A DNA stretch of 24,973 nt. Origin: a virus. Taxonomy: Duplodnaviria; Heunggongvirae; Uroviricota; Caudoviricetes. Numbering within the stretch: position 1 is the first letter of the stretch; each line of letters opens with the position of its first letter. Below, piece by piece: positions 17,067 to 24,973 of this stretch. The position numbers and the translations under genes were made by a program. Location: IMG/VR virus record IMGVR_UViG_2724679239_000007, positions 1 through 24,973 of that record; one strand, written 5' to 3'. The notes below the pieces were generated by a model that worked only from the letters and a program-made list of their open reading frames with translations, was not told where the DNA came from and did no database searches.

Positions 17067-18086
17067 TTACCCCCTGAACCCCGGCGGAATTTCGGTGTCC
17101 GGTTCAGAAATGTGATTCACACAACGCTGTACAGGCGAACGCCCCAGACGGATAACCAGCTCATCCCATTTTTCGCGAAGCTTTGACGGGCTCATGACGT
17201 TTTTTACCCAGAATGGATCCCGCTGTACCCGACCAAACATTTCGCAAATTTGCCTGTGAGTTCTGCCATCCAGCATCCGCATTGTGCGCACGTCATTGGC
17301 CCACACGGTCCAGTTTGGTTCTTTCGGTCGCATGATCTCGCCATCATCGCTGGCAGCCTGCTCGTAAAGACTCACGATTCGTCTCCAGATCCACTGCGCA
17401 CAAGCTAAATCTTCCTGGCTACCCCACTGGCGTTTTTTCGCACTGAACACAACCGCGTCAGGGTGTCGGGTTAAAAAATCCTGTTCAGCCGTCTGCATGT
17501 CCGGTTGCGAAGCTTCCGGACGAGAAGTGTTTTTATTCTCTGTAGTAATCTCTGTTGTATTCTCTGTAAGATCATCGGGCCATTTTGACCCGATGACATT
17601 GGGTCGTTTTGAACCAATGGAGCGTGTCATTTTGGCCTCTTCCATCGTGTCATTTTGACCTGATGGAGCGGCGCATTTTGACCTGATGGAATTGCTCACT
17701 TTGCCACCATCTAAAAGCTCGCTCTCGTAATTAATCGTGTAAAAATTAGTCATGTCACGCTTTGATTTGTTGAGCTTTTCGCAACGCAAAAGCCCCAGCA
17801 TTTTCAGACTTGCAAATGCGCGTTTTAACGTTGACTCTGACCAGAACGGGAACTGTTCCAGCCATTGTTCTGTTGTGTTATAAATCCAGCGAACCCCGTT
17901 ACATTCCATGCCGGAATTAGTATCTCTCAACCAGTAATGCAGCTGCTGCAGTACAATGGCTTCATTCAGGCCAATTTTCATCGCCAGCTGCGTATTAATA
18001 ACCAGTGGGCGTTCAGCAAAAAGAAGACTCATAATTCCATCCGGCTTTTTGTTGATATTGCTGACGATACGCATGCTTGAAAGCAA
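17067..18086 (-). CDS. Replication initiator / replisome organizer (lambda O-like) containing the origin iterons
   Basis: About 320-339 aa; N-terminal DNA-binding region, central segment encoded by the iteron repeats (SIGSKRPNVIGSKWP), C-terminal domain; true start probably the internal Met (MSLLFAERP). Confidence 0.6.
   Translation of the reverse strand: MLSSMRIVSNINKKPDGIMSLLFAERPLVINTQLAMKIGLNEAIVLQQLHYWLRDTNSGMECNGVRWIYNTTEQWLEQFPFWSESTLKRAFASLKMLGLLRCEKLNKSKRDMTNFYTINYESELLDGGKVSNSIRSKCAAPSGQNDTMEEAKMTRSIGSKRPNVIGSKWPDDLTENTTEITTENKNTSRPEASQPDMQTAEQDFLTRHPDAVVFSAKKRQWGSQEDLACAQWIWRRIVSLYEQAASDDGEIMRPKEPNWTVWANDVRTMRMLDGRTHRQICEMFGRVQRDPFWVKNVMSPSKLREKWDELVIRLGRSPVQRCVNHISEPDTEIPPGFRG
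17576..17712. repeat. Origin-of-replication iterons: six copies of a CATTTTGACC-GATGGA-like repeat at about 23 bp spacing
   Basis: Repeat cores start near 17581, 17606, 17628, 17651, 17674 and 17696; embedded in the O-like gene as in lambda ori. Confidence 0.6.
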
Positions 18087-18534
18087 TAGCTTTTTCTATA
18101 AGCTCGTCAGTCTCACGCTCCACAACAGCGGGATCTGCCAAAAGCAGACCGGACTCCACCACATCGCCATATTCTTTGTTTAACCCGGCGATCATGTACG
18201 TAATGCTTTTTCCGTCACTAATTTCACGATACAACCTGAAATCATTAATCCGGATAGCCTCCATAATTGCAGGCACTAGCGCCGTGAACTTTTCACGCTT
18301 ATCCCTGGTGTCGATAGCCTTCCAGCGTTCGAATATCTTCACTCGATTAACGCCAAGCGCTCGCTGATCAACCGCGCCACCTTCATCTGTGACACGCTGA
18401 ACATCGAGGTTCGGGCGCTCTTTCAGAGCCCAGAATGCTTCAGTGATTAATATCGTCGCCTGCTCCTGTGTCATTCCTGGTCGACATATCCAGGCATCCA
18501 GAGCCTCACGAGCCTGTTCAGGAGTGATTTTCAT
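18013..18534 (-). CDS. Hypothetical early protein in the cII position (possibly YdaT-like)
   Basis: 173 aa between the cro-like dicC and the O-like gene; helical; assignment by position and weak recollection only. Confidence 0.35.
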   Translation of the reverse strand: MKITPEQAREALDAWICRPGMTQEQATILITEAFWALKERPNLDVQRVTDEGGAVDQRALGVNRVKIFERWKAIDTRDKREKFTALVPAIMEAIRINDFRLYREISDGKSITYMIAGLNKEYGDVVESGLLLADPAVVERETDELIEKAIAFKHAYRQQYQQKAGWNYESSFC

Positions 18535-18745
18535 TGTTCAACCGCCCCGCCCGCTTCGTCTTACGATATTCGTCATAAACCTTGGGATCATACAGAAGCT
18601 CGCCGCCAGATGCCTCCTGTAGACGCATCGCGCGACCTTCAGGAACCAGCTCTTGCCATTGAGAAACAGCAGATGGGTCAACGCCAGCAGCTTTCGCTAC
18701 TTTGGCTTTCGTACCGTAAAAATTAATTACGTCTGATTTAAACAT
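18518..18745 (-). CDS. dicC: DicC-like Cro-type regulator
   Basis: 75 aa from MFKSDVINFYGTKAKVAKAAGV...PEGRAMRLQEASGGEL; closely matches DicC/YdaS-type Cro-like proteins; divergent from dicA. Confidence 0.75.
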   Translation of the reverse strand: MFKSDVINFYGTKAKVAKAAGVDPSAVSQWQELVPEGRAMRLQEASGGELLYDPKVYDEYRKTKRAGRLNNENHS

Positions 18746-18822
18746 CGCACCTCCAATATTGAGTTTTCTCAATGCTAATCACTCAAGGAATCTCAAGTCA
18801 AGGGTTATTAAGATATCTAAAT
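18746..18822. promoter_or_regulatory. dicA-dicC divergent promoter/operator region
   Basis: 77-bp spacer with the palindrome TTGAGTTTTCTCAA (18759-18772) and direct repeats CTCAAG; classic immunity-region layout. Confidence 0.5.
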
Positions 18823-19230
18823 ATGAACGAGAAAACTTTAGGTCAACGTATTAGAGAAAGACGTAAGCAGGTAGGCTTAAGTCAAAACGGTTTAAGCAAA
18901 GCTGCTGGCGTATCTGGCTCATCAATTTCATTATGGGAAAGTGACCATACAGCCCCGCGCGGGCAAAATTTGCATCGCCTCGCCGAGGTATTGCAATGTT
19001 CACCAACCTGGATACTGTTTGGCGACGAGGACAAAACACCAGCTCCCCCTGTTTCACTCGATAGTGCCTTAGACTTATCGGAAGATGAGTTAGAGATGCT
19101 GCGTTTGTATCGCGCACTTCCTAAATCAGAGCAACAAGCACAACTCAGCGAACTCCGCGCCCGCGTTGAGAATTTTAATCGCCTGTTCACCGAGCTATTA
19201 GAGGCTCGCAAACGCAACAAGCATCAATAA
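18823..19230 (+). CDS. dicA: DicA-like repressor (XRE-family HTH)
   Basis: 135 aa from MNEKTLGQRIRERRK; HTH plus C-terminal region (VLQCSPTWILFGDEDK...RARVENFNRLFTELLEARKR) closely matching DicA. Confidence 0.8.
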   Translation: MNEKTLGQRIRERRKQVGLSQNGLSKAAGVSGSSISLWESDHTAPRGQNLHRLAEVLQCSPTWILFGDEDKTPAPPVSLDSALDLSEDELEMLRLYRALPKSEQQAQLSELRARVENFNRLFTELLEARKRNKHQ

Positions 19231-19279
19231 TCATCCCTTCACAAAATTTTAAAGCCTTACATTTCAATGTATTGGCTTT

Positions 19280-19320
19280 ATCCTGCGCCAATACTTGAGT
19301 TTTCTCATCAAAAAGACTTG
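19280..19320 (+). promoter_or_regulatory. Second operator-like site / putative early-left (dicB operon) promoter region
   Basis: TTGAGTTTTCTCA at 19296-19308 repeats the 13-bp core of the dicA-dicC operator palindrome; upstream of ydfA. Confidence 0.4.
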
Positions 19321-19422
19321 ACGAAAAACAATGAGAAAACTAAATTACCTCCATCAACACACCGCACGGTGTTCTCAGCAAACAGTTCCGCTACCCCGGC
19401 GTTAAGGGGAAATGAGGTCAGC

Positions 19423-19575
19423 ATGGATACTATCGATCTTGGCAACAGCGAATCTCTGGTATGTGGCGTGTTCCCCAACCAGGACGGTACGTTCACCGCG
19501 ATGACATATACCAAAAGCAAAACGTTTAAAACCGAATCTGGCGCGCGTTGCTGGTTAGCCAGAAACACTGACTGA
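19423..19575 (+). CDS. ydfA: YdfA-like small protein
   Basis: 50 aa MDTIDLGNSESLVCGVFPNQDGTFTAMTYTKSKTFKTESGARCWLARNTD; first gene of the early-left operon; identity by recollection. Confidence 0.45.
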   Translation: MDTIDLGNSESLVCGVFPNQDGTFTAMTYTKSKTFKTESGARCWLARNTD

Positions 19576-19586
19576 TGAGGCTGACG

Positions 19587-19952
19587 ATGGAATTTAAAGA
19601 TTTACCGTCTGATGTACAGAAAACAGCAGCTCATACATTGCATTCTGTGCTGCGAGAAATCGGGAAAGATATTGCAAGCGAGCCAGCAAAAGATCTGGCC
19701 CGGAAAATCAAGACCGCTTTCGTTGAGCTTTATAATGTTGGCACTGACTCTGAAACTGTCGAGACCAAGACCGTAAGTTCACCAATATTCTCACTTGAGC
19801 CAGGCGTATTAGCAGGTGAAATATGCACCGAGATTTCCAGCGAACTGCTTCCGGTAATACGAGAAGCAATTTGCCGTCGCGGTTTGGATGGAAGTTACGA
19901 TCATGACGTCCTGCAAGTTCTCAGGACAATGGTGACTTCACTGGGGATTTGA
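19587..19952 (+). CDS. Hypothetical early-left operon protein (about 121 aa from MEFKDLPSD)
   Basis: ORF following ydfA in the same orientation; no family recognised. Confidence 0.35.
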   Translation: MEFKDLPSDVQKTAAHTLHSVLREIGKDIASEPAKDLARKIKTAFVELYNVGTDSETVETKTVSSPIFSLEPGVLAGEICTEISSELLPVIREAICRRGLDGSYDHDVLQVLRTMVTSLGI

Positions 19953-20121
19953 TCCCTGCGTCCTCTAACCTTTTGATATAGCGGTCCTCCAAGAAGCGGT
20001 AAATTTTGTCGAAATCATCTTTCCCCTCTAATTTATTCAGAGGATTACAGGACCCGTAAGTAGCGGCATACATTTCAACCGTTTTATCAAAAATATAAGA
20101 GACAAATTCTTCTTTAGTCAT
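19921..20121 (-). CDS. Hypothetical small protein (66 aa), antisense to the early-left operon, AT-rich
   Basis: MTKEEFVSYIFDKTVEMYAATYGSCNPLNKLEGKDDFDKIYRFLEDRYIKRLEDAGIKSPVKSPLS; AAGGAAA Shine-Dalgarno about 7 nt upstream of ATG; low GC relative to neighbours. Confidence 0.3.
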   Translation of the reverse strand: MTKEEFVSYIFDKTVEMYAATYGSCNPLNKLEGKDDFDKIYRFLEDRYIKRLEDAGIKSPVKSPLS

Positions 20122-20396
20122 ATAGATTTCCTTCTTGGTTATTCGGGATAAGAAGGATACCACCTCGCCTGACGTGGTTAAAAGCAGGCACACAACACGA
20201 AAGCGCACGGCGAAGTTCGTCTCACTGTACGGTGTCGTTAAATTTAATTCGACCGTGCGCTTCCGGTTGTGGCAACCCGCGAAATGGCGCGGCGGTAAGT
20301 ATGGCGGGGTTATTCCTTCCCCGTTGAGGACACCGGGTTGTCAGGTTGACCATACGCTTAAGTGACAACCCCGCTGCAACGCCCTCTGTTATCAAT

Positions 20397-20452
20397 TTTC
20401 TGGTGACGTTTGGCGGTATCAGTTTTACTCCGTGACTGCTCTGCCGCCCTTT
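20397..20452 (+). ncRNA. dicF: DicF small RNA (ftsZ-targeting antisense sRNA)
   Basis: TTTCTGGTGACGTTTGGCGGTATCAGTTTTACTCCGTGACTGCTCTGCCGCCCTTTTT matches my recollection of DicF, including the terminator hairpin GGCGG...CCGCC plus T-run; sits just upstream of dicB. Confidence 0.7.
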
Positions 20453-20623
20453 TTAAAGTGAATTTTGTGATGCGGTGAATGCGGCTAAGCGCACGCGGAA
20501 CAGTTAAAACCAAAAACAGTGTTATGGGTGGATTCTCTGTATCCGGCGTTAATTGTTAACTGGTTAACGTCACCTGGAGGCACCAGGCACCGCATCACAA
20601 AATTCATTGTTGAGGACGCGATA

Positions 20624-20812
20624 ATGGAAACGTTATTACCAAACGTTAATACGTCTGAAGGTTGTTTTGAAATTGGTGTCAGAATCAGTAACTCTGCATT
20701 TACTGAAGATGCCATTAACAAGAGAAAACACGAACGGGAGTTATTAAATAAAATATGCATTCTTTCAATGCTGGCACGTTTACGCCCGATGCAAAAAGGA
20801 TGCTGGCAATGA
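20624..20812 (+). CDS. dicB: DicB cell division inhibitor
   Basis: 62 aa METLLPNVNTSEGCFEIGV...INKRKHERELLNKICILSMLARLRPMQKGCWQ; closely matches DicB. Confidence 0.8.
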   Translation: METLLPNVNTSEGCFEIGVRISNSAFTEDAINKRKHERELLNKICILSMLARLRPMQKGCWQ

Positions 20813-21012
20813 ATACAGCAATTGCTCTCACTCTGATAGTTTTTCTTAATACGGGCGAGCCTGTTGACCTGGTTATTGACATTTACGGTTCAATGAAAGA
20901 ATGCACGGCTGCCGCAGCGGAACAGAAAACTCCCGGTAACTGTTATCCGGTCGATAAAGTTATTCATATGGACAATAACGAAATCCCGGCAGGACTTAAA
21001 ACAGCACCGTAA
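20809..21012 (+). CDS. ydfD: YdfD-like small membrane/lysis protein (DUF1482-like)
   Basis: 67 aa MNTAIALTLIVFLNTGEPVDLVIDIYGSMKECTAAAAEQKTPGNCYPVDKVIH; start overlaps the dicB stop (ATGA). Confidence 0.55.
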   Translation: MNTAIALTLIVFLNTGEPVDLVIDIYGSMKECTAAAAEQKTPGNCYPVDKVIHMDNNEIPAGLKTAP

Positions 21013-21092
21013 TTAATATCCGGTTTCATTTTTATATGCCAGCAATGGCAGGGATTTGTTCACCCTTAAATCTGTAATGAGGTTAAAACAAA

Positions 21093-23552
21093 ATGAGTAA
21101 AGTCTTTATTTGCGCCGCCATTCCGGACGAACAGGCAACAGCAGAAGGCGCTAAACCTGTGGCCACTGCCATTGAAGCAGGCGACGAACGCCGGGCAAGA
21201 GCCAAATTTAGCTGGTTATTTCTGGAACAATACCCGGAAGCTCAGGACTGTGCTTATAAATTTCTTGTCTGCGAGGATAAACCCGGCATGGCCCGCCCTG
21301 CTCTCGATTCCTGGGATTCCGAATATATGCAGGAAAACCGCTGGAATGAGGAGTCGGCTTCCTTTGTTCCGGTCGCCCCTGAACCGGATACAGAAACTGT
21401 TAACTTTAATCAGTTATCTGAAGACAAGCGGGCTGCTGTCCTTGTCAGATTCGGTACACATGAAAACATCACCGTGGATATGGTCATCAATGCAAGCGGG
21501 CTTCTCGGCGATGACGAGATGACGACTTTTGATGGACACCTCACTGAAGCAATTATCAGGACTAAAGAAATTAACGCCATGTATCCTGAGCGTCAGACTG
21601 AGTACATCAACGACGCCAGACGTGATTTAAAACCAACAGCCAAATGGCCCGACGTTCAGGCGTATTTTCTCGAACGTAAAAAACGCATGGAAAAGGAGCG
21701 CAAAGAAGGTGGAGCATATAATTCCGTCGTCGATCTTGCCCGCGCCAGAGTCAACCGGCAAGGCACTGAAAACTCTGCAGGAAAAACTGGCTCCGTAACT
21801 GCTGTCATTCGTCGCGAATACAGGCAGACATGGAAAACACTGGATGAAGAACTGGCCTACGCTCTCTGGCCTGGTGATGTGGATGCCGGAAACATTGACG
21901 GCAGCATCCATCGCTGGGCAAAAAATGAAGTTATCGACAACGACCGCGAAGACTGGAAGCGTATCTCGGCATCAATGCGCAAACAGCCTGATGCCCTTCG
22001 CTACGACCGCCAGACTATTTTTGGCCTTGTCCGTGAACGTCCGATCGACATTCACAAAGACCCTGTGGCACTGAACAAATACATTACTGAATACCTGACG
22101 ACAAAAGGCGTGTTTGAAGATGAAGAAACGGATCAGAGTCCTGCTGATGTTCTCCGGTCGTCAGCAACACAAACTGATGCAGTGGAAACAGAAGTATCTG
22201 GCACCCAAAAAAATGAAAGCGCACTGGAAGCTGAACCATCTGTAGAGCGTGAAGGACCGTTCTACTTCCTCTTTACCGATAAGGACGGCGAAAAATACGG
22301 TCGCGCAAACAAACTGTCTGGTCTGAATAAGGCGCTGGCTGCCGGGGCTACTGAAATCACCAAAGAAGAATACGTCGCCCGAAAAAATGGCACATACACA
22401 GGCTTACCGCAAAATACCAATGCCGCACAAAACTCTGAACAACCAGAGCCGGTAAAAGTTAACACGGTCGAAACAAATAAAAAAATGGAGACAGAAAATC
22501 TGCCTGATGCCGACAAAGTGCTTACTGCATCACGTGGTGAATTTGTTGAAGGAATTAGCGACCCGAATGATCCGAAGTGGGTTGAGGGGATCCAGACTCG
22601 CGATTCTGTGTACCAGAATCAGCAAGAAATGGAACAGAACGACCAGAAAGCGGAACAAAACAGCCCGGATGCGCAACAAAACGGGCCAGAAGTGCAACAG
22701 TCAGAGCCAACAGCACAACAGGAGACTGAAAAAAGCTGCAATACTTGCGGCCGGGCTGGCGGTGGAAAATGTCCGGACTGCGGGCCTGTTATGGGTAACA
22801 CAACATATCAGGAAACATTCGATGAAGAAAATCTGGCTGAAAAAGATTCGGAGAAAATGGAAAGCACTGCGCATTCTCGTAAGGAGAGCGCTGGTGACGC
22901 TCAGCATGGCAATAGCAGTGATGAAACTGGCGAGACGGCAAATCCCCCAATTCCGGTGAACAGTCATCATAAATACATATCCACCAGCAACAGAATGTGG
23001 ACTCATATGATGATCGACCTGGAAACCATGGGAAAAAATCCTGATGCTGCAGTTATCTCAATAGGTGCAATATTTTTCGATCCGCAAACCGGAGATATTG
23101 GGCCAGAATTCAGTAAGACCATCGATCTGGATACTGCTGGCGGTGTCATTGACAGGGACACCGTTAAGTGGTGGCTGAAGCAATCGCGCGAAGCGCAGTC
23201 TGCCATTCTGGCTGATGAAATCCCGTTAGATGATGCACTGTTGCAATTACGGGAATTTATCGACGAAAACTCTGGTGAGTTTTTTGTTCAGGTCTGGGGC
23301 AACGGAACCAGTTTCGACAACGTAATTTTACGCCGTTCATACGAACGACAGGGAATCCCCTGCCCGTGGCACTACTGCAATGATCGCGATGTTCGCACGA
23401 TCGTTGAACTGGGAGGAGCCATGGACTTCGATGCCAGAACGGCTATTCCATTCGAAGGCGAGCGCCACAATGCACTTGATGACGCCCGTTACCAGGCAAA
23501 ATACGTTTCAGCTATCTGGCAAAAACTGCTCCCAAGTCAGGCTGATTTTTAA
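21093..23552 (+). CDS. Large multi-domain protein with C-terminal DEDDh 3'-5' exonuclease domain (intact YdfE-like exonuclease)
   Basis: 819 aa; N-terminal domain of about 330 aa, acidic Gln/Glu-rich low-complexity linker, zinc-ribbon CNTCGRAGGGKCPDCG, C-terminal exonuclease motifs MIDLETMG (Exo I), WGNGTSFDNV (Exo II), HNALDDARYQAKY (Exo III). Confidence 0.6.
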   Translation: MSKVFICAAIPDEQATAEGAKPVATAIEAGDERRARAKFSWLFLEQYPEAQDCAYKFLVCEDKPGMARPALDSWDSEYMQENRWNEESASFVPVAPEPDTETVNFNQLSEDKRAAVLVRFGTHENITVDMVINASGLLGDDEMTTFDGHLTEAIIRTKEINAMYPERQTEYINDARRDLKPTAKWPDVQAYFLERKKRMEKERKEGGAYNSVVDLARARVNRQGTENSAGKTGSVTAVIRREYRQTWKTLDEELAYALWPGDVDAGNIDGSIHRWAKNEVIDNDREDWKRISASMRKQPDALRYDRQTIFGLVRERPIDIHKDPVALNKYITEYLTTKGVFEDEETDQSPADVLRSSATQTDAVETEVSGTQKNESALEAEPSVEREGPFYFLFTDKDGEKYGRANKLSGLNKALAAGATEITKEEYVARKNGTYTGLPQNTNAAQNSEQPEPVKVNTVETNKKMETENLPDADKVLTASRGEFVEGISDPNDPKWVEGIQTRDSVYQNQQEMEQNDQKAEQNSPDAQQNGPEVQQSEPTAQQETEKSCNTCGRAGGGKCPDCGPVMGNTTYQETFDEENLAEKDSEKMESTAHSRKESAGDAQHGNSSDETGETANPPIPVNSHHKYISTSNRMWTHMMIDLETMGKNPDAAVISIGAIFFDPQTGDIGPEFSKTIDLDTAGGVIDRDTVKWWLKQSREAQSAILADEIPLDDALLQLREFIDENSGEFFVQVWGNGTSFDNVILRRSYERQGIPCPWHYCNDRDVRTIVELGGAMDFDARTAIPFEGERHNALDDARYQAKYVSAIWQKLLPSQADF

Positions 23553-23616
23553 TGTTCAACCCCGGTTGTCGTCCACCAGCTATAGTGGCGGCGACCATGA
23601 TTAGCGAACAACGCTC

Positions 23617-23865
23617 ATGGCAAGACTTATTCTGCTCACTGAGTGGGCAAAAGAGGAATTCAGTGAACCGGTCCCTACTCCGGGTACATTAAGTAAATAC
23701 GCTAAAGCCGGAATGATATTTCCCCTCCCCAAAAAAGTTGGAAGACACTGGCGAGTGGATCCACGGGCTCGTTTTGTCGGAATGGTAAGCAAGCCTGAGG
23801 TGATCGCCACAGATCACCCGGCTTTAAAGAGGATACTGGAAGATGGCTCGCCCTCGAAAATATAA
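23617..23865 (+). CDS. xis: Excisionase (Xis-like)
   Basis: 82 aa; winged-helix excisionase-like core (LTEWAKEEF...AGMIFPLPKKVGRHWRV); overlaps the int start as in lambda xis-int. Confidence 0.55.
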   Translation: MARLILLTEWAKEEFSEPVPTPGTLSKYAKAGMIFPLPKKVGRHWRVDPRARFVGMVSKPEVIATDHPALKRILEDGSPSKI

Positions 23866-24973
23866 AACCGATGTTCCGGGGTTATCTCCGTATTTTGACA
23901 AAAGAAATAACAAAGTTTACTGGCGGTACAGGCATCCCATCACAGGCAAAAATCACGGACTCGGCAGTATTGACCAGAAACTGGCGGAAACCATTGCAGC
24001 AGAAGCAAACAGCCGCCTTGCCAGACAACAAATGGAACAAATGTTCAGTCTGCAGGAAAAAATTATTAGTGATACCGGCGGTTCATCAACCGTTTCAATT
24101 TTTCTGAATAGTTACAGAAAAATTCAACAGGAAAGATATGAAAACGGAGAGATCAAACTCAACACGCTAAAACAGAAAGCGGCCCCTCTCAGAGTGTTTG
24201 ATGAACGTTTTGGAGCCAGGCAATTAGATGCCATAACCGTAAAAGATATTGTATCGGTGTTGGAAGAATACAAAGCAAGAGGACATAACAGAATGGGACA
24301 AATTTTCAGGAAAGTACTGATCGATGTTTTCCGGGAAGCTCAACAAACAGGCGATGTCCCGCCAGGGTTTAATCCGGCAGAATCGGCAAAAAAACCACAG
24401 GTACGGGTATCAAGGCAACGACTGACCTTTGATGAGTGGATGATGATTTATAACGCAGCGGAAAAAGAGGGTTACTTTTTACAGCGTGGCATGTTGCTTG
24501 CGCTGATGACAGGGCAGCGTCTTTCGGATATTAGCAAAATGCAGTTTTCGGATATCCGGGATGGCTATCTTCATGTTGAACAGCAAAAAACGGGAGCCCG
24601 AATTGCTATCCCTCTGGCTCTGCGTTGCGATAAATTAAATCTTACCCTGGATGATGTGGTGTCATCCTGTCGCGATTGCGTTCTTAGTCCGTGGTTATTG
24701 CACCACCATCACGCGAAAGGGACAGCTAAGCGCGGCGGAATGGTTAAACCAGCAACGTTAACTGTTGCATTTAAAAAAGCCCGGGATTCTGTAGATTACA
24801 ACTGGTGTGCCAATGGTACCCCACCCTCTTTCCATGAGCAGAGATCTTTATCAGAACGATTGTTCAGAGAACAGGGAATTGACACCAAAACTTTGCTGGG
24901 CCATTCGAATCAAAAAATGACCGATATTTACAACGACGCACGCGGTAAGGAGTGGAAAAAACTGGTCGTTTGA
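23843..24973 (+). CDS. int: Lambda-family tyrosine integrase (prophage int at the element edge)
   Basis: 376 aa; C-terminal catalytic region HEQRSLSERLF and LLGHSNQKMTDIYNDARGKEWKKLVV parallels lambda Int (HELRSLSARLY, LLGHKSDTMASQYRDDRGREW); stop codon at the window end. Confidence 0.85.
   Translation: MARPRKYKTDVPGLSPYFDKRNNKVYWRYRHPITGKNHGLGSIDQKLAETIAAEANSRLARQQMEQMFSLQEKIISDTGGSSTVSIFLNSYRKIQQERYENGEIKLNTLKQKAAPLRVFDERFGARQLDAITVKDIVSVLEEYKARGHNRMGQIFRKVLIDVFREAQQTGDVPPGFNPAESAKKPQVRVSRQRLTFDEWMMIYNAAEKEGYFLQRGMLLALMTGQRLSDISKMQFSDIRDGYLHVEQQKTGARIAIPLALRCDKLNLTLDDVVSSCRDCVLSPWLLHHHHAKGTAKRGGMVKPATLTVAFKKARDSVDYNWCANGTPPSFHEQRSLSERLFREQGIDTKTLLGHSNQKMTDIYNDARGKEWKKLVV

Noticed and set aside
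22507-23206. ORFs inside or antisense to the exonuclease gene (22507..22959, 22619..22801, 22701..23006, 23003..23206)
   Set aside because: They fall within the low-complexity repeat region of the 819-aa gene, where alternative frames stay open by chance.

Overview
This window reads as a mosaic enterobacterial (Escherichia/Shigella-like) prophage region made of two elements. All calls rest on reading the six-frame translations and motifs by eye; no database search was possible, so family names are recognition-based and hand-derived coordinates may be off by 1-3 nt. (1) Positions 1 to about 3490 are the right end of a P4-type integrase island: minus-strand int, alpA and Bro-N genes, plus an AT-rich two-gene cargo (small RHH-like protein and a two-TM membrane protein). 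(2) Positions about 3486 to 24973 are a Qin/DicB-type defective lambdoid prophage lying right-to-left. Its packaging module is a 3'-truncated terminase large subunit plus a Nu1-like small subunit, followed by a cos-like spacer. Its lysis cassette is Rz/Rz1, SAR endolysin and an S21-type pinholin, with an IS2 (5-bp target duplication ACCAG) inserted just upstream of Rz. The late regulatory region carries Q, a pR'-like promoter, a tR'-like terminator and phage-borne tRNA-Thr(UGU) and tRNA-Gly(UCC). The nin-like region carries RusA, a DUF968 protein, an orphan hokD toxin, a second IS (single-ORF DDE transposase, IS481-like) and several unassigned ORFs. The replication module is a DnaC-like loader and an O-like initiator with internal iterons. 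The immunity region is divergent dicA/dicC with repeated operator-like motifs, and the early-left operon is ydfA, DicF sRNA, dicB, ydfD, an 819-aa DEDDh-exonuclease protein, xis and a lambda-type integrase at the window edge. The best candidates for something undescribed are the unassigned cargo genes: a 187-aa ORF translationally coupled to a 27-aa hydrophobic peptide, the AT-rich RHH plus membrane-protein pair in the P4-type island, an antisense 66-aa ORF in the early-left operon, and the multi-domain exonuclease.
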